A stretch of DNA of 64,000 nt from Pseudomonadota bacterium (GCA_041180025.1 JBEGSH010000073.1:6773-70772), one strand, 5' to 3'; shown: positions 54,134-63,905, counted from the first letter of the stretch. The notes: generated from the sequence alone by a model not told the origin. Numbers and translations are program-made.

Positions 54134-56772
54134 ATTTTCAATCGCATAAGTTTGGGTACAAAGTCCTCAATTTTACTATTCGACGTTTCTATTTTAATGT
54201 TTGTTATAGGTTTTGCTTCTTGAAAATTCCTGCCGTAGATATCCCAAAGCATAGCTAGAAATGAATTTGAAGCAGCCTTCATTTCATCTTTAAATACTAT
54301 AGAACCTATAAGGTGAAGTTTCATTTTTGCTCTTGTCATAGCAACATAAAGTAGTCTTTTTAATTCATTTTCTTCCTTATTTTTTTCAATGTTATAAATA
54401 AGATTATGTAAGTGAGGTAATTTGTTATCTGGTTCGCTAAATGCTGTGATATTGCACATATGATTATTTTTGATGAAATTATCAGATACAATCATTTTTT
54501 TGTCTGTTGAGCGTGTAGTTGAATTTAATGATGGAATAATTACTGTATCGAATTCAAGGCCTTTAGCTTTATGAATCGTGAAAAATTGTATACGCTCTTC
54601 GGCTGATGGAATGTCTGATAAGTATGTTTTTGTAATTTGATATTCGACTAATTCAAAATCAATAGCTATAGGTGTACTCGATGTTTGCAAAATATCGAAA
54701 AACTTATTGATATCTACGATATCATTTGGGTGATGAAGGCATTTTTCTCCACCTAAATTTATCCAAACTGATTCTATAAGTCTTCTAATGTGAGTCTTAT
54801 TTTGATGCTCAAATGCATCATTAAGTATATTGACCAGCCGGTTGATCCTTTTTTTTCCATCAGCAGAAATATCATTCATTTTGTTTGTATTATGAATAAT
54901 TTCCCACACAGTGGATGAATGATCATCTTGAAAAAGTACAACTAAATCATTAAGTGTAATTCCGCACCATGGAGCCCTGAGAATTGCAAGCCAATGAATT
55001 CTGTCGCTTAAATCAAGCATAGCGTAGCTTAAAGAAAGAATATCCTGAATTGATTGATGTTGATCTAATGCATCAATTTCTACGGCATTAAATTTTAAGG
55101 CAGGTTTAAATTTGCGAATGTAATTAATTAATTCTGAAAGATGACTTCTTGATCTTGTGAGAATGGCAATTTTTTCATTTTCAGGAAATGTATCAATTAA
55201 ATTACATACATACTTTGCTTCTTCGGTATCAATATCAGTACCTTCATCAAATGTTAATGCATGAAATTTGAATTCACTTGCACCGGTATCACTTTCTTTT
55301 TTTGCTGAGAAAAAAGGCTTGTAACTTACAGTGCCTTGTGAAATTGAGTCTTCTTTTGGTAGTATTTTTTCAAATATCTGATTTACTTCATTTACGATAA
55401 GGGAGGAAGATCGCCAATTATCTTGAAGCCGAATGGTTTCTAAAGGAATTGTATTGAAGCCATGTTTTTTAGCTTCAATAAAAATGCTAACATCAGCCTC
55501 TCTGAATTTATAGATGGATTGCATAGGGTCACCCACACAAAAAATGGTTTTCTGCGCTTCAGATGCCCAGCCATCAACTATTTTCTTTAAAAAATTAAAG
55601 TGACTTCTGCTCGTATCTTGAAATTCATCAATAAGTAAATGTGAAATTTTATAATCTAGAGATAATAAGAGATCGCTTGCTGTATCATTTTTACCAAGAG
55701 CTTCATTTGCTATTTCTATAATCTCAATAAAATCAACTGTATTGCTCTGCCTAAATAGCTGCCTTAGTCTTTTTTCACATTGAAGAAGAAGGTTCGCAAT
55801 AGATTTAAGTTTTATGACATACGCTTCATTTAGAGGCTCTGGCATATCTTTAATGGCTATTAAGCAATCTATATTAGGTATATTGAGACATTTAGCCTTA
55901 TAAATTTCACCTTCTTCATCATTTTTGAATCCTTCTCGGGCTGTAATTGAAACTCGTCTAGTACTTTTATCTGTATATAATATTTGTGTGATTGTTTGCC
56001 ATAAAGGGATTTCTTCTGCATCAAAATTAAAGCTATTTTTGTTTCCTAGCTTTATATCTCCTCTAAGCTTTATATTTTCAAGGTAATGAAGCACCTGCAT
56101 AAGATCATTTAGCTGATCATGATTTAGTGAATCTTTAATTTTTTGATAAATAGGTTTAATTAAATGTTCAAGGTACGCATTGCTTTCTTCGACAATTTTT
56201 CCATTTGCTTTTTGAGTAAGAGCATGGCATCTAGATTTCCACTGATCTCTAATTGACATCATCGCGATTAAACGACGATTAATTTTTTCATATTCATTAT
56301 CATAATGAGCAAAAACAATTTTAATGTCTTCCATGCTCTCTTTATTCTGTAATGTTTGTTTAACAGATTCTTCGTAAAACTTTTCAGGAGTATCAGTGAT
56401 ATTGGGTTTATCACCCATCTTGCTTAATACAGGAATTTGACTGACTACGTTATGACAGAATTTATCAATAGTCATCACTTTAAGTCGCGATAGATCGTAC
56501 TCAATGCCCCAGCCTTTTTCTTTTGAGCGCTTTAGAATTGTCTGAGCAAAAGGACTGTCGCCTTTTTTAATGCGCTCTAGGATTTTAGACTTCATCTCTG
56601 AAGCCGCTTTCTTTGTGAAGGTAATGGCTACAATTTCTTCGGGCATATCAACAACAGTGAGAAGTTTTAAATACCGATCCGTGAGTAACCTTGTTTTACC
56701 AGAGCCTGCCGGAGCTTCAACAATAAATGAGCGTAAATCAAGAGCTCTTTGTCTTAATTGGATGTCGCTCAT
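54130..56772 (-). CDS. addA: AddA/RecB-like UvrD-family helicase lacking the C-terminal nuclease domain
   Basis: APAGSGKT, ITFTKKAA.EM, DEFQD, VGDP.QSIY.FR, NWRS, TIHKAKGLEF, YVAMTRA; paired with the addB-like gene. Confidence 0.8.
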   Translation of the reverse strand: MSDIQLRQRALDLRSFIVEAPAGSGKTRLLTDRYLKLLTVVDMPEEIVAITFTKKAASEMKSKILERIKKGDSPFAQTILKRSKEKGWGIEYDLSRLKVMTIDKFCHNVVSQIPVLSKMGDKPNITDTPEKFYEESVKQTLQNKESMEDIKIVFAHYDNEYEKINRRLIAMMSIRDQWKSRCHALTQKANGKIVEESNAYLEHLIKPIYQKIKDSLNHDQLNDLMQVLHYLENIKLRGDIKLGNKNSFNFDAEEIPLWQTITQILYTDKSTRRVSITAREGFKNDEEGEIYKAKCLNIPNIDCLIAIKDMPEPLNEAYVIKLKSIANLLLQCEKRLRQLFRQSNTVDFIEIIEIANEALGKNDTASDLLLSLDYKISHLLIDEFQDTSRSHFNFLKKIVDGWASEAQKTIFCVGDPMQSIYKFREADVSIFIEAKKHGFNTIPLETIRLQDNWRSSSLIVNEVNQIFEKILPKEDSISQGTVSYKPFFSAKKESDTGASEFKFHALTFDEGTDIDTEEAKYVCNLIDTFPENEKIAILTRSRSHLSELINYIRKFKPALKFNAVEIDALDQHQSIQDILSLSYAMLDLSDRIHWLAILRAPWCGITLNDLVVLFQDDHSSTVWEIIHNTNKMNDISADGKKRINRLVNILNDAFEHQNKTHIRRLIESVWINLGGEKCLHHPNDIVDINKFFDILQTSSTPIAIDFELVEYQITKTYLSDIPSAEERIQFFTIHKAKGLEFDTVIIPSLNSTTRSTDKKMIVSDNFIKNNHMCNITAFSEPDNKLPHLHNLIYNIEKNKEENELKRLLYVAMTRAKMKLHLIGSIVFKDEMKAASNSFLAMLWDIYGRNFQEAKPITNIKIETSNSKIEDFVPKLMRLKI

Positions 56773-59369
56773 TGCTTCGTTTGCTCAAATTGAAGTATTC
56801 GTTCAGGAAGCCTTAAGATCGGCTTAACCTGACAATAAGCCATGTCTTTTTCGCGCGTAAATTTGATAGCTGCATTGCCTGATTCGTAACTTTTACTAGC
56901 CTCATCAATACGGTATTTCCAGAAGCCGATTAAATTATCCCAAGATTTGTACTCGGTAGCAGTAGCATCTTTGATGCCTTGAAGCAGACCTCTATCTCGA
57001 CCGATACCAATCCATTGAGGTTTTGGTGAATTAATAATGCCAATCGCAATAGCATCAATAGGTTTATTTGAGGCAAAGAGGGCATAAAAGGGCATCTGGA
57101 GCTCACCATAAGCATTTAAAAACCATTCGTTTAGAGTTTTTGTTGCCCCGGATTTGTAATCAATCACAATGTTGTTTTGATTCACTTCATCGATACGATC
57201 AATTTTGATATTAAAGTTAAGGCAACCTAAATGAATAGGTATATTTTTTTCCGTCTCTTTAACTTCAAAATCCCCTCTTTTTAATTCATGTTGAATCCAT
57301 TTTTCAAGGTAGCTTATTAAGCGTATTTCTTCGATATTAAAAAATTCAGGCAAGATTCTGGGGTATTTTTTCTTTTCTATAGATATATTTTTATGTGCAA
57401 TCCACTGTATTTTTTTTGACAACTCTTTTTCATTTAAAGCTCTTACTAGAGAGGCTGATTTATTTTCCGTCCAGAATTGTTCTAGGGTTTTATGAAAGAG
57501 ATTTCCGCGTAATCTAGTAGTTAAATTTTCCTCATCTTCTTCTTCTATTTTTCTGGCGCCAAGTCTAAACTCATAAAATGCCCAAGCAGGGCAGATGGAT
57601 TGTGCTTCAAGTAATTTTATGCCCGATTTAACCGTCTGCTGCACTTCAATATTACTTGAAGTACTGTCTTCAATATATTCTATAAATTCATGATTAAATT
57701 CATTTTTTTTAAATTTAAAATTGATATCTTCAAGTAATTTCGAAGATATAAAATCATGTAATGTTGGTGATGGAAATAGCTCTTCTTCACCCATTTTTTT
57801 GGCATACGAAAGTGTTATAAATGGTGATGTATGGGTAAATTTATCTAAAATCTTTGAGGCATTTAAATGACGTTTTTCATGGGTGTTGATATGCCTATCA
57901 TGCTGAATTTTTATAGGTATAAATGGATTGTACTGATGAGGCGAAGGCCAATGATGTTCATTTAAATTCATAATCCACGTAGCGTCATAATTTTCATAAG
58001 TTGTTTCATGAAAACCTAAAATATCAATTTTAAAATTACCTTGATGTTTGTGTTGGTGAGTGGTTTTTTTAAGGTAATACTGAAAAATATCTAGCATCTC
58101 TTGGATGGATATTTGACCCATCAGATTATCTAATGAAGATATCGTTTCGTTAGTTTTGTTCCATGTCTCATAAATATTTTCTTCAAAGGAATCTTTTGGA
58201 GCTAATAAACTAGATTTAATATTCTTTAAATACTCATCAAATGTTTTAATCCATTCGGAAGGACTTCTTTTTGTTCGCCATTCATGATGTGAGGCATGTA
58301 TGTGATTTAAATGTATTTTTAGGAAGGGTATTTCATTATTCAAGCCTTCAATTAACTCAGACATCTCAATGAGATCTTTAACTGATAAATTGCCCCTTCG
58401 TTTTCTTTCTAGGTGGTTAATAAGCTTGTAGCGTTGACATAACTCTTTGCCATCTGACCAGCCACTATGACTCAGGATGTTTTTAAGCTCACTGATCTTA
58501 GAAGTGCCTCTCGCAGCCAATTCTATTAATTTTAGGTTTAAATAAACCATAGATAAATGAAATAAGGGAGTATTCAAGGAGAACTGATAAATTCTTTTTT
58601 CTTGAGAGAGACTTGGGGTAAATGTTTCGGGATGAAATGTTTTATCAAGCATACTTGTGAGGCGATCGATAATTTGATCGAGTTGCGGCGTCACAATCAA
58701 TATCTTTTGGTTATTTTCTATTTGTGTTTTGCACCATTCGACAATCTGCATGATTTCATGTTCTTCATTAAGAAAAACACGTGACTCAATATAAGGCTCT
58801 ATTTGTGGCGATTTAAAAAGCTCTATATCAACTTGAGTTTTACATGCTTCAATAAAAGAATCTTCAATAGGTGTTGTTAATTCAAAATTAACAAAACAAA
58901 TAGGGTGCTCAATTGAAATATCGCCATTTCTAATATGTTCTTCACTTATCTTTAAAAGATTATTAAAAGTGATAACATTTTTATCGCTACAGTGTTTTTT
59001 AAAAAGCAGGCGCCAAGCGTTAAAAAATGCATGTTCTTCACTACGCTCTTCACTTTTTAAAGTATTTTCGCCAATATTAAATTGATCAATGAGACGGTTG
59101 GCCTGCATTGCGGTTTCACTTAAGTTTTCAATATTGGATAAATCAAAAAATGATTTTTTATATTGCTTAATACTACTTTCCCATAACAGTTTTTCTTCAA
59201 TCCCATTAAGAACCCGATATGACATCTTGATATTTGGGTGTTTTTTAAAGAGGTTATTGATGAAGTCATGAAGCGCCCATACCTTTTCTTTTGAATCAAA
59301 ATGTTGGCTTAATTTATAAGCTTCTTTTGAATTGCGGCAGAGGTAGATAGGCTTTTGCTCAGAATGCAT
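56769..59369 (-). CDS. addB: AddB-like protein with C-terminal PD-(D/E)XK nuclease
   Basis: Degenerate helicase-like body, Q..CP..AF...RL, RGNLFH..LE, E, KIDRID, IDYKSG, QMPFY; 4-bp overlap with addA. Confidence 0.8.
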   Translation of the reverse strand: MHSEQKPIYLCRNSKEAYKLSQHFDSKEKVWALHDFINNLFKKHPNIKMSYRVLNGIEEKLLWESSIKQYKKSFFDLSNIENLSETAMQANRLIDQFNIGENTLKSEERSEEHAFFNAWRLLFKKHCSDKNVITFNNLLKISEEHIRNGDISIEHPICFVNFELTTPIEDSFIEACKTQVDIELFKSPQIEPYIESRVFLNEEHEIMQIVEWCKTQIENNQKILIVTPQLDQIIDRLTSMLDKTFHPETFTPSLSQEKRIYQFSLNTPLFHLSMVYLNLKLIELAARGTSKISELKNILSHSGWSDGKELCQRYKLINHLERKRRGNLSVKDLIEMSELIEGLNNEIPFLKIHLNHIHASHHEWRTKRSPSEWIKTFDEYLKNIKSSLLAPKDSFEENIYETWNKTNETISSLDNLMGQISIQEMLDIFQYYLKKTTHQHKHQGNFKIDILGFHETTYENYDATWIMNLNEHHWPSPHQYNPFIPIKIQHDRHINTHEKRHLNASKILDKFTHTSPFITLSYAKKMGEEELFPSPTLHDFISSKLLEDINFKFKKNEFNHEFIEYIEDSTSSNIEVQQTVKSGIKLLEAQSICPAWAFYEFRLGARKIEEEDEENLTTRLRGNLFHKTLEQFWTENKSASLVRALNEKELSKKIQWIAHKNISIEKKKYPRILPEFFNIEEIRLISYLEKWIQHELKRGDFEVKETEKNIPIHLGCLNFNIKIDRIDEVNQNNIVIDYKSGATKTLNEWFLNAYGELQMPFYALFASNKPIDAIAIGIINSPKPQWIGIGRDRGLLQGIKDATATEYKSWDNLIGFWKYRIDEASKSYESGNAAIKFTREKDMAYCQVKPILRLPERILQFEQTKQ

Positions 59370-59412
59370 GCTTCTATTGTAAACTTAACCCCGTTAATTA
59401 TTATTAAAAAAT

Positions 59413-59898
59413 ATGACAGAGCGTAAAAATTACATTACCAAGCAAGGATATCAGCGCCTAAAAGATGAGCTCGATTTTTTAGTTAAAGTTGATCGACCTA
59501 AGGTTGTAGCTGATGTTTCATGGGCTGCAAGTAATGGCGATAGGAGTGAGAACGGAGATTATATCTACGGGAAGAAACGCTTACGTCAAATTGATGCAAG
59601 AGCTAAATTTTTATTCGGTCGCATTGATGAAGCCGTAGTAATTGATCCTTCGTCGCAAGAGCAACAAGACAAGATTTTTTTTGGCGCATGGGTAACTTTA
59701 CTCAATGAATCAGATGATTCTGAGCATTATTATCGCATTGTGGGGCAAGATGAAATTGATACAGAAAAAGGCTTTATTAGTTGGGTATCACCCATTGCTA
59801 AAGCCCTTTTAGGTAAAAACTTAGAGGATGAAGTGAAGGTTGAAACCCCTGGAGGTTTAGTGAAATTTAGAATTATTGATGTAGCTTATCATGAGTAA
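59413..59898 (+). CDS. greB: Transcription elongation factor GreB
   Basis: YIT..G..RL, RP.VV..VSWAASNGDRSENGDYIYGKKRLR.ID, ISWVSP.AKAL. Confidence 0.96.
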   Translation: MTERKNYITKQGYQRLKDELDFLVKVDRPKVVADVSWAASNGDRSENGDYIYGKKRLRQIDARAKFLFGRIDEAVVIDPSSQEQQDKIFFGAWVTLLNESDDSEHYYRIVGQDEIDTEKGFISWVSPIAKALLGKNLEDEVKVETPGGLVKFRIIDVAYHE

Positions 59899-60991
59899 TA
59901 AAAGTCCTATCGTGTGCCACTTAACATGTAAGGTGATTGATTTTTTTGGGGATATTGGTGTTGCTTGGCGAATAGCAAAGCAACTTAAGGTTGATTTTAA
60001 TATTGAGGTGCATCTTCTCGTTGACGATCTTGTAACCACCAAGAGATTGATACCTTCAATCGATCTTTCCCTGCAAAAACAAACGATTAATGGAATCAAT
60101 ATTTGTCATTATGATTTTAGTGAGGATTCAACATCACTTCCGCCGCCTCCAGATTTTGTGTTTAACCTTTTTAATATAGATTTGCCGCATAGTTATAAAA
60201 CGCTTATTAAGCGCAAAAAGTCCAAATATATTGCGATTGAATATTTATCAGCCGAACCCTGGGTAGATAACTTCCATTTAAAACCTTCTATCGATCCTCA
60301 ATCGGGGCTTATTAAAACTTACTTTTATCCTGGCTTTACTAATCAAACAGGGGGTCTTATTCGGGAAAAGGGATTGTTTTTGCGCCGAGAGGCTTTTGAT
60401 CAATCTAGACGCAAAAAGCTTATTCAGTCATTAGGTGGAGATCCGAACTTATATTCAATATCACTCTTTTATTATCCAATACAAAAAATTGAAGTTTTTT
60501 TGGATGTAATAGATCACATAAAGAAACCTGCTCAATTTTTTATACCTCAATATCTATTTGATCTTTTAAAGCTAAAAAATAATTATCAATTTATTCATAT
60601 CATTCCTTATCCATTTTTAAATCATGATGATTTTGATAACCTACTTTGGTCATGTGATCTTAATTTTGTGCGAGGAGAAGATAGCTGGACAAGAGCAATT
60701 TGGGCTGGCAAACCTTTTATTTGGCAACCTTATATCCAAGAAAATAATATTCATTTAATTAAACTTAAGGCTTTTTTAAAGCGTTATTGCGAAGCATGCG
60801 ATCAAGATTTATCTGAAATTTTAATTAAAATGCATGATGACTGGTCGAATAACAAATTTAACGAAGTTTTATGGCGTGATTTTTTTAAGCAACAAGCTCG
60901 TTTAGAAGCTTTTGTATTAAAGCAAAGTCATCATTATTTCAAAGAGGCTTCATTTGTAGAGAGTTTGGTCGATTATTGTTACGAAACATAA
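59891..60991 (+). CDS. earP: EF-P arginine rhamnosyltransferase EarP
   Basis: CKVID.FGDIGVAWR, EYLSAE.WV, F.YPGFT..TGGL.RE, NFVRGEDS..RA.WAGKPF.WQ.Y; directly upstream of efp. Confidence 0.92.
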   Translation: MSNKSPIVCHLTCKVIDFFGDIGVAWRIAKQLKVDFNIEVHLLVDDLVTTKRLIPSIDLSLQKQTINGINICHYDFSEDSTSLPPPPDFVFNLFNIDLPHSYKTLIKRKKSKYIAIEYLSAEPWVDNFHLKPSIDPQSGLIKTYFYPGFTNQTGGLIREKGLFLRREAFDQSRRKKLIQSLGGDPNLYSISLFYYPIQKIEVFLDVIDHIKKPAQFFIPQYLFDLLKLKNNYQFIHIIPYPFLNHDDFDNLLWSCDLNFVRGEDSWTRAIWAGKPFIWQPYIQENNIHLIKLKAFLKRYCEACDQDLSEILIKMHDDWSNNKFNEVLWRDFFKQQARLEAFVLKQSHHYFKEASFVESLVDYCYET

Positions 60992-61005
60992 TTTTCGAGT
61001 ATAAT
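60976..61005 (+). promoter_or_regulatory. Sigma-70-like promoter for efp (TTGTTA-18-TATAAT)
   Basis: Perfect -10 TATAAT at 61000-61005 and a -35-like TTGTTA at 60976; AAGGA RBS downstream. Confidence 0.5.
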
Positions 61006-61045
61006 TTCACCCTTTATTTGGTAAGCATTCCCAAGGATCAATATT

Positions 61046-61603
61046 ATGAAAATCGCTCAAGAACTTCGCGCTGGTAACGTTATTATGGTTGGCACTGACC
61101 CTATGGTCATCTTAAAAACTGAATATAACAAATCAGGTCGAAATTCAGCTGTGGTGAAGATGAAAATGAAAAATCTTCTCACTGAAGCGCCTAGTGAAAA
61201 CGTATATAACGCGAGCGATAAATTTGAAGTGATTGTCTTAGATAAAAAAGAAGTTACTTATTCTTATTTCTCAGATCCTGCTTACGTCTTTATGGATAAT
61301 GAATATAATCAATATGAAGTTGATGCTGAAAATATGTCAGAAGCATTGAATTTCTTAGAAGATGGCATGCCTTGCGAAGTTAAATTTTACAATGGCAAAG
61401 CGATATCTGTGGAGTTGCCAAATTCTGTGACGCGAGAAATTACCTATACTGAGCCAGCTGTAAAAGGAGACACTTCAGGCAAAGTTATGAAACCAGCTAA
61501 AATTAATACAGGTTTTGAAGTAATGGTGCCTTTATTCTGTAATACAGGCGATAAAATTGAAATTGATACACGCACTTTAGAATACAAAAACCGCGTTTTA
61601 TAA
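61046..61603 (+). CDS. efp: Elongation factor P, Arg32 type
   Basis: [10 protein letters not shown], loop NKSGR32[20 protein letters not shown]. Confidence 0.98.
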   Translation: MKIAQELRAGNVIMVGTDPMVILKTEYNKSGRNSAVVKMKMKNLLTEAPSENVYNASDKFEVIVLDKKEVTYSYFSDPAYVFMDNEYNQYEVDAENMSEALNFLEDGMPCEVKFYNGKAISVELPNSVTREITYTEPAVKGDTSGKVMKPAKINTGFEVMVPLFCNTGDKIEIDTRTLEYKNRVL

Positions 61604-61605
61604 TT

Positions 61606-63042
61606 TTAAGCAGTTCCGCCTACAACTAAGCCATCAATTTTTATTGTGGGCTGACCTACACCTACTGGAACACTTTGACCTTCTTTGCCACAGGTTCCCA
61701 CCCCCGAGTCTAAAGACATATCATTTCCGATCATGCTAACTTTCTTTAATACTTCTGGGCCATTGCCTATTAGAGTTGCGCCTTTGACTGGATAAAGTAA
61801 TTTTCCATCCTCAATCATCCACGCTTCAGCTGCAGAAAATACAAACTTACCGCTTGTGATATCAACTTGGCCACCACCAAAGTTAACTGCGTATATACCT
61901 TTCTTGACTGACTTGATAATTTCTTCAGGTGTTTTGGTGCCATTAAGCATATAGGTATTTGTCATTCTCGGCATAGGAAGATGCGCATAGGATTCTCTTC
62001 TCGCATTTCCAGTGGTAGGCATATTCATAAGTCTCGCATTTAATGTGTCTTGAAGATATCCTTTCAGAATACCGTTTTCTATAAGCACTGTTCTTTGTGT
62101 TTCATTGCCTTCATCATCGATATTTAGTGAGCCTCTTCGATCTTGGATCGTACCATCATCAACCACAGTAATATCCTTTGCAGCGACTTGAGTGCCAATT
62201 TTATTGCTAAAAGCGGAGCTGCCTTTTCGATTGAAATCACCTTCTAGGCCATGACCAATAGCTTCATGTAAAAGAATGCCTGGCCATCCAGGGCCTAAGA
62301 CAACTGTCATGCTCCCAGCGGGCGCAGGTTTTGCATTTAGATTTGTAGTAGCTTGATGAACTGCTTCATGCGCATATTGTTTTAATATTTCATCAGAGAA
62401 ATATTCAAAACCAAAACGACCACCGCCACCGGAAGAACCTTGCTCTCTTTTTCCATTCGCTTCTGCAATGACATTAATCGATAATCTTACGAGAGGTCTA
62501 ATATCTGCAGCAATTTTTTGCTCATGATTAATGACGAATATTACTTCATATTCTCCAGCAATCGATGCTGTCACTTTAGTAATACGCTCATCCATTTTTT
62601 TAGCAAAATTTTCTATTTTTTCTAGCATTTTAATTTTAGTTTCAGCAGGGACTGCCGAAAGTGGGTCTTGAGTGCTATATAAATTAGATATGATTCTTGG
62701 ATGGTCGAGTTTATGACTTTGATTTAAATTTTTTGAAGCAATAGCTTTAGCAATATTTGATGAAGACAAGAGTGCTTCAATGGAAATATCATCAGAATAT
62801 GCAAAAGCAGATTTGTCTTTGTTAACAGCCCTAACACCTACACCTTGATCAATTGAGAAGCTGCCCGATTTAACTTGTCCTTCTTCAAGCCCCCAATATT
62901 CATTTTTTGTGTATTGAAAATAAAGGTCTGCATAATCGACACCATGTGACATCATGCTGTTAAGTATTTTATTCAGATCATTTATATCGATTCCAGATTG
63001 CGCGAGAAGCAAATCTTTTGCATGAGCAATTTTATGTTCCAT
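61606..63042 (-). CDS. tldD: Metalloprotease TldD
   Basis: DYADLYFQ, GWPGILLHEAIGHGLEGDFNRK, PMPRMTNT, CGKEGQSVPVGVGQPT. Confidence 0.97.
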   Translation of the reverse strand: MEHKIAHAKDLLLAQSGIDINDLNKILNSMMSHGVDYADLYFQYTKNEYWGLEEGQVKSGSFSIDQGVGVRAVNKDKSAFAYSDDISIEALLSSSNIAKAIASKNLNQSHKLDHPRIISNLYSTQDPLSAVPAETKIKMLEKIENFAKKMDERITKVTASIAGEYEVIFVINHEQKIAADIRPLVRLSINVIAEANGKREQGSSGGGGRFGFEYFSDEILKQYAHEAVHQATTNLNAKPAPAGSMTVVLGPGWPGILLHEAIGHGLEGDFNRKGSSAFSNKIGTQVAAKDITVVDDGTIQDRRGSLNIDDEGNETQRTVLIENGILKGYLQDTLNARLMNMPTTGNARRESYAHLPMPRMTNTYMLNGTKTPEEIIKSVKKGIYAVNFGGGQVDITSGKFVFSAAEAWMIEDGKLLYPVKGATLIGNGPEVLKKVSMIGNDMSLDSGVGTCGKEGQSVPVGVGQPTIKIDGLVVGGTA

Positions 63043-63050
63043 AAGCGATG

Positions 63051-63905
63051 TTATTTAATAGTGCGATGTTTAAGGGCCGGTAAAGATTTACGAACGGATT
63101 TAATGTATTCTTTATTTAAGAACCCAGTAATTACGCCAGAACCTCGACTGAGACGATCTAGTATAGTCCCCCATGGGTCAACGATCATTGAGTGCCCATG
63201 AGTTTCTCTTCCTGACAAGTGGTAGCCTCCCTGAGCAGGGGCCAATACGTAACATTGATTCTCAATTGCTCTTGCACGAATCAAAATTTCCCAATGTGCT
63301 TTCCCAGTTGTTTCTGTAAAAGCGGATGGAATGACAAGAAGATCAATATCTTTCATGTGTCTAAATAGCTCTGGAAATCTAAGGTCGTAACAAATTGCAA
63401 TACCAATTTTTCCAAATGGAGAATCGACAACCACAATATCGGAACCCGCCTCAATTAATTTATCTTCACGATAGTATTCATCACCCATATCAAATCCAAA
63501 AAGATGGATTTTGTCATAGCGATGAATTAAATTACCTTTGTCGTCAAAAATTAAACAACTATTCCTAATTTTATTTTTATCATTTGATACTAAAGGAATA
63601 GATCCACCAATAATCCACACTTTGTTTTTCTTGGCTTGTTTTGACAAAAAGGATTGAACGAGACCATGTTCGGGCTTTTCTTTTGCCTTCAGCTTCTCTG
63701 AATCTTTGGAGGACATAATAGAAAAATACTCAGGAAGCGCTATGAGTTTAGCGCCTTGGTTTGCAGCAATGGTAATTAAATTTTCAGCTTCATTAAGATT
63801 TGATTTGATGTCTGGCCCAGACGCCATCTGTATACCAGCAATCTTTATAATATCTTTATTTACCAACTTAGCTTTGGTTGTTTTTATTTTAGATTTAATT
63901 GCCAT
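63051..63905 (-). CDS. Carbon-nitrogen hydrolase (Nit1 / deaminated glutathione amidase-like)
   Basis: LPE, RYDKIHLF, ICYDLRFPE catalytic triad, AHW..L.RARAIENQ. Confidence 0.92.
   Translation of the reverse strand: MAIKSKIKTTKAKLVNKDIIKIAGIQMASGPDIKSNLNEAENLITIAANQGAKLIALPEYFSIMSSKDSEKLKAKEKPEHGLVQSFLSKQAKKNKVWIIGGSIPLVSNDKNKIRNSCLIFDDKGNLIHRYDKIHLFGFDMGDEYYREDKLIEAGSDIVVVDSPFGKIGIAICYDLRFPELFRHMKDIDLLVIPSAFTETTGKAHWEILIRARAIENQCYVLAPAQGGYHLSGRETHGHSMIVDPWGTILDRLSRGSGVITGFLNKEYIKSVRKSLPALKHRTIK

Noticed and set aside
54130-59369. Helicase plus PD-(D/E)XK nuclease pair as a novel anti-phage defence system
   Set aside because: Motifs, addB-addA order and core-genome context fit housekeeping AddAB. 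Only the domain losses are unusual.
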